From Vicinamibacterales bacterium (GTDB taxonomy: Bacteria; Acidobacteriota; Vicinamibacteria; Vicinamibacterales; UBA2999): a stretch of 64,000 nucleotides of DNA. Under the pieces are notes generated by a model, which did no database searches, was not told the origin of the DNA, and saw nothing but the letters and a program-made list of their open reading frames with translations. Below are positions 62,174 through 64,000 of this stretch, piece by piece. Position 1 is the stretch's first letter. Each line of letters begins with the position of its first letter. The stretch is from the NCBI GenBank assembly GCA_041394685.1, contig JAWKHU010000061.1, positions 4,684-68,683 on the forward strand, given 5' to 3'. The position numbers were made by a program, and so were the translations under genes.

Positions 62174-62208
62174 GGGCCGGGCTCGAATCCATAATTGTAG
62201 AACGCGCC

Positions 62209-63110
62209 ATGGAGCTTCTGCATCGGCACGTCGGGCTGGCACTACCCTCCGGCCGCGGCACTGAACGGCATCTTCTACCCTCGGCCCGAGGACCGCCCCC
62301 GTGGCTTCGACGAGCTCGCCTTCTACGCCGAGCGGTTCAGCAGCGTCGAGATCAACAGCACCTTCTTAGCGCCAGCCGCGTTTGTGGCAGGAGCCTGGGC
62401 TGGTCCGGCGGACGCCCCGGGCTTCGAGTTCTCGGTGAAGCTGTTCCAGTTCACGCATTCAGCCACGGCGCTGACCGCACGGCCATCACCCAGGCCGACA
62501 TCGACGCGTTCAGGGCCGGCATCGACCCGCTGGCGGCCGCCGGCCGGCTCGGCGCGCTGCTCGTCCAGTTCCCCTCGCGGTTCCACGAGTCGGAGGCCGC
62601 GCGCACCTACCTGGACTGGCTCCTCGGCACCTTTGCCGCCTATCCGCTCGCCGTCGAGCTCAGGCATCGCTCGTGGAGTGACGCCGGCGGCGAGGCGCGG
62701 GCGCTGGCCCGCCACCGGGCGACGTGGGTGCAGATCGACGAACCGAAGTTCGCCTCGTCGGTGCGGCAGGACCTCACACCGGACGGCCCGCTGATGTACG
62801 TGCGCCTCCACGGACGGAACGCCGCCGAGTGGTGGGACCACGCCGAGGCCGAGGACCGCTACAACTACCTCTACGGCCCTGGAGAGCTCGCGCCGCCGAT
62901 CGTCGAGAAGCTGCGCGCGCCGCGCGCGCACAGGTCCGGAAGCCTACCTACCTGAACAACCACTTCGCCGCGCAGGCCGTGGCCGACGCCACGATGGTGC
63001 GGGCGCTCCTCGACGAGCCCGTCACCGCACGCATGCCGGGGGAGCTCGTCGAGGCGTACCCGATGCTGGAGGGCCGTGTGGCTACTTACCCTCGCGCACG
63101 GTTACTCTGA
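62209..63110 (+). pseudogene. DUF72 domain-containing protein (at least 3 frame changes)
   Basis: The ATG at 62209 is followed within 4 codons by a shift to IGTSGWHYPP...FYAERFSSVEINSTF. Then GALLVQFPSRFHES...LAVELRHRSW...MYVRLHGRN. The tail YLNNHFAAQAVADA...* follows. Confidence 0.75.
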
Positions 63111-63650
63111 CGATCCTGGTCGGTGACCTCGAGCTTGGACACGACGTCCATGCCGCTGATCACCTTGCCGAAGACGGTGCACTGGCCGTCGAGCCGGCGC
63201 TGGCGCTGAGCGTCACGCGCTCACTGGCTGTCCACTGCTCGCGTCGCCGGCGTGCGCCATGGCCGTCACCGCGCCGCGAACGCATGGGTCTTGGTGATCT
63301 CGGCCACGCCGATGGGCGTGCCGCTGCCACCGCGCCCCAGTCGGCCTGTTTGGTCAGCGTCGCGCGTGGCCGGGTCGCCCAGCTGCACGACGAAGTTCGG
63401 CACGACACGGTGGACCCGCTGGCCGCTGTAGAAGCGGCGCTTGACCAGGTCGAGGATGCGCGCGACGGTCTTCGGCGCTTCGTTCGGGTAGGTCTCGAAC
63501 TCGAACGTACTTCACGGTCTCGACGACGATGACGGGACCGGCGCTCGGCGAGGCAGGCGGCAGGCGCCTGGCGGCGTGGGCTGCCAGCCCCATGACGACG
63601 AACCCGCAGAAGGCGATCGTGGACCTGTTCGCAAGTATCTTGATGCTCAT
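63086..63650 (-). pseudogene. Secreted cyclophilin-type peptidyl-prolyl isomerase (several frame changes)
   Basis: MSIKILANRSTIAFCGFVVMGLAAHA is the signal peptide. Fragments: FEFETYPNEAPKTVARILDLVKRRFYSGQRVHRVVPNFVVQLGDP, then ...CTVFGKVISGMDVVSKLEV. Confidence 0.75.
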
Positions 63651-64000
63651 GTGCCTCGTGTCCGGAGACGGCCGTTCGTGGAACGGCGCGTTGGCGACTG
63701 GCGCGCGGCCGGCGGCTGCGTGCCCCGGCTGGGGCAGACCACGGCGATGGCGCACCTCGGCAACGAGGATACACCGGGCGGCAGACGTTCTGGCCCCAGG
63801 TCACCAGGTAGAGGTTGATGTACGGCCACCAGCGCGCGTCGGTGTTGCGGTAGAGCGCCTGCTCGGTCTGGTCCGGCGTCCGCGTCTTCACCCAGCCCAG
63901 CCGGTTCGAGATGCGGTGCACGTGCGTGTCGACGCAGACGTGCCGCTGGCTCTGGAAGGCCAGGATCATGACGAGCGTCGCCGTCTTGCGCCCCACGCCG
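63647..64000 (-). pseudogene. nth: Endonuclease III (5' part lies beyond the window end; one frame change near 63770)
   Basis: GRKTATLVMILAFQSQRHVCVDTHVHRISNRLGW...LYLVTWGQNVCRPVYPRC, then AIAVVCPSRG in ORF 63647..63829. Its TGA overlaps the cyclophilin ATG (ATGA). Confidence 0.78.

Noticed and set aside
62174-62208. Looked for a preQ1 riboswitch upstream of queE/queC.
   Set aside because: The spacer between queE and the divergent DUF72 gene is only about 35 nt and shows no plausible hairpin-plus-A-rich-tail. The queE-queC spacer (61503-61532) is also too short.

Overview
This is a 64 kb, roughly 70% GC chromosomal segment. I see no rRNA, tRNA, CRISPR array, transposase, integrase or phage gene. 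The gene content points to an Acidobacteriota- or Gemmatimonadota-like soil bacterium: CarboxypepD_reg-type TonB receptors, a DUF1592/DUF1552 pair, and BatA/DUF4159/DUF4175 genes. That taxonomic placement is inference only. I can support about 56 protein genes, in these blocks.

- **1-5.3 kb:** TonB-dependent receptors and a secreted PHP hydrolase.
- **5.4-10 kb:** a lipid head-group style cluster. It holds a PLC-like secreted protein, an Mpo1/DUF962-like membrane protein, a TM-anchored class-III aminotransferase, a PSD-like gene and a PEMT-like gene.
- **10.2-12 kb:** arsM / arsR-arsC.
- **11.9-16.8 kb:** a GT2-PHP-GT4-membrane-GT4 operon divergent from glgC.
- **18.5-28 kb:** a phosphate/polyphosphate supercluster. 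It holds an OmpR-family regulator, lipid kinase-sixA-CHAD, ppx, pstSCAB and phoU. A shared array of 11-bp-phased hexamers sits upstream of the regulator and of pstS, and partly upstream of the GT operon.
- **28-34 kb:** gltA, an M28 peptidase, a LeuA-like synthase, an FHA-GAF-PP2C protein, a zinc-ribbon protein and a rhomboid.
- **34.4-54.1 kb:** a 20 kb co-directional minus-strand run. It contains DUF1592-DUF1552-ankyrin, a TPR-HExxH protease, DUF4159, MoxR, DUF58, BatA/VWA, a giant DUF4175, a VWA/GATase-like protein and a C13-like protein.
- **54.2-64 kb:** yeiH, ALDH, SDR, alaX, a histidine kinase, queC, queE, DUF72, a cyclophilin and nth.

Two window-wide observations stand out.

- About half of the recognisable genes need one or more frame changes as assembled, housekeeping genes included. 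The indels are clustered rather than uniform.
- Several convergent intergenic spacers carry an unusual element: two arrays of 9-bp tandem units in inverted orientation around a unique core.

My best candidate for a poorly described system is the MoxR/DUF58/BatA/DUF4175/VWA membrane operon with its flanking proteases. Next are the putatively Pho-controlled GT/PHP operon and the 9-mer inverted-array elements.
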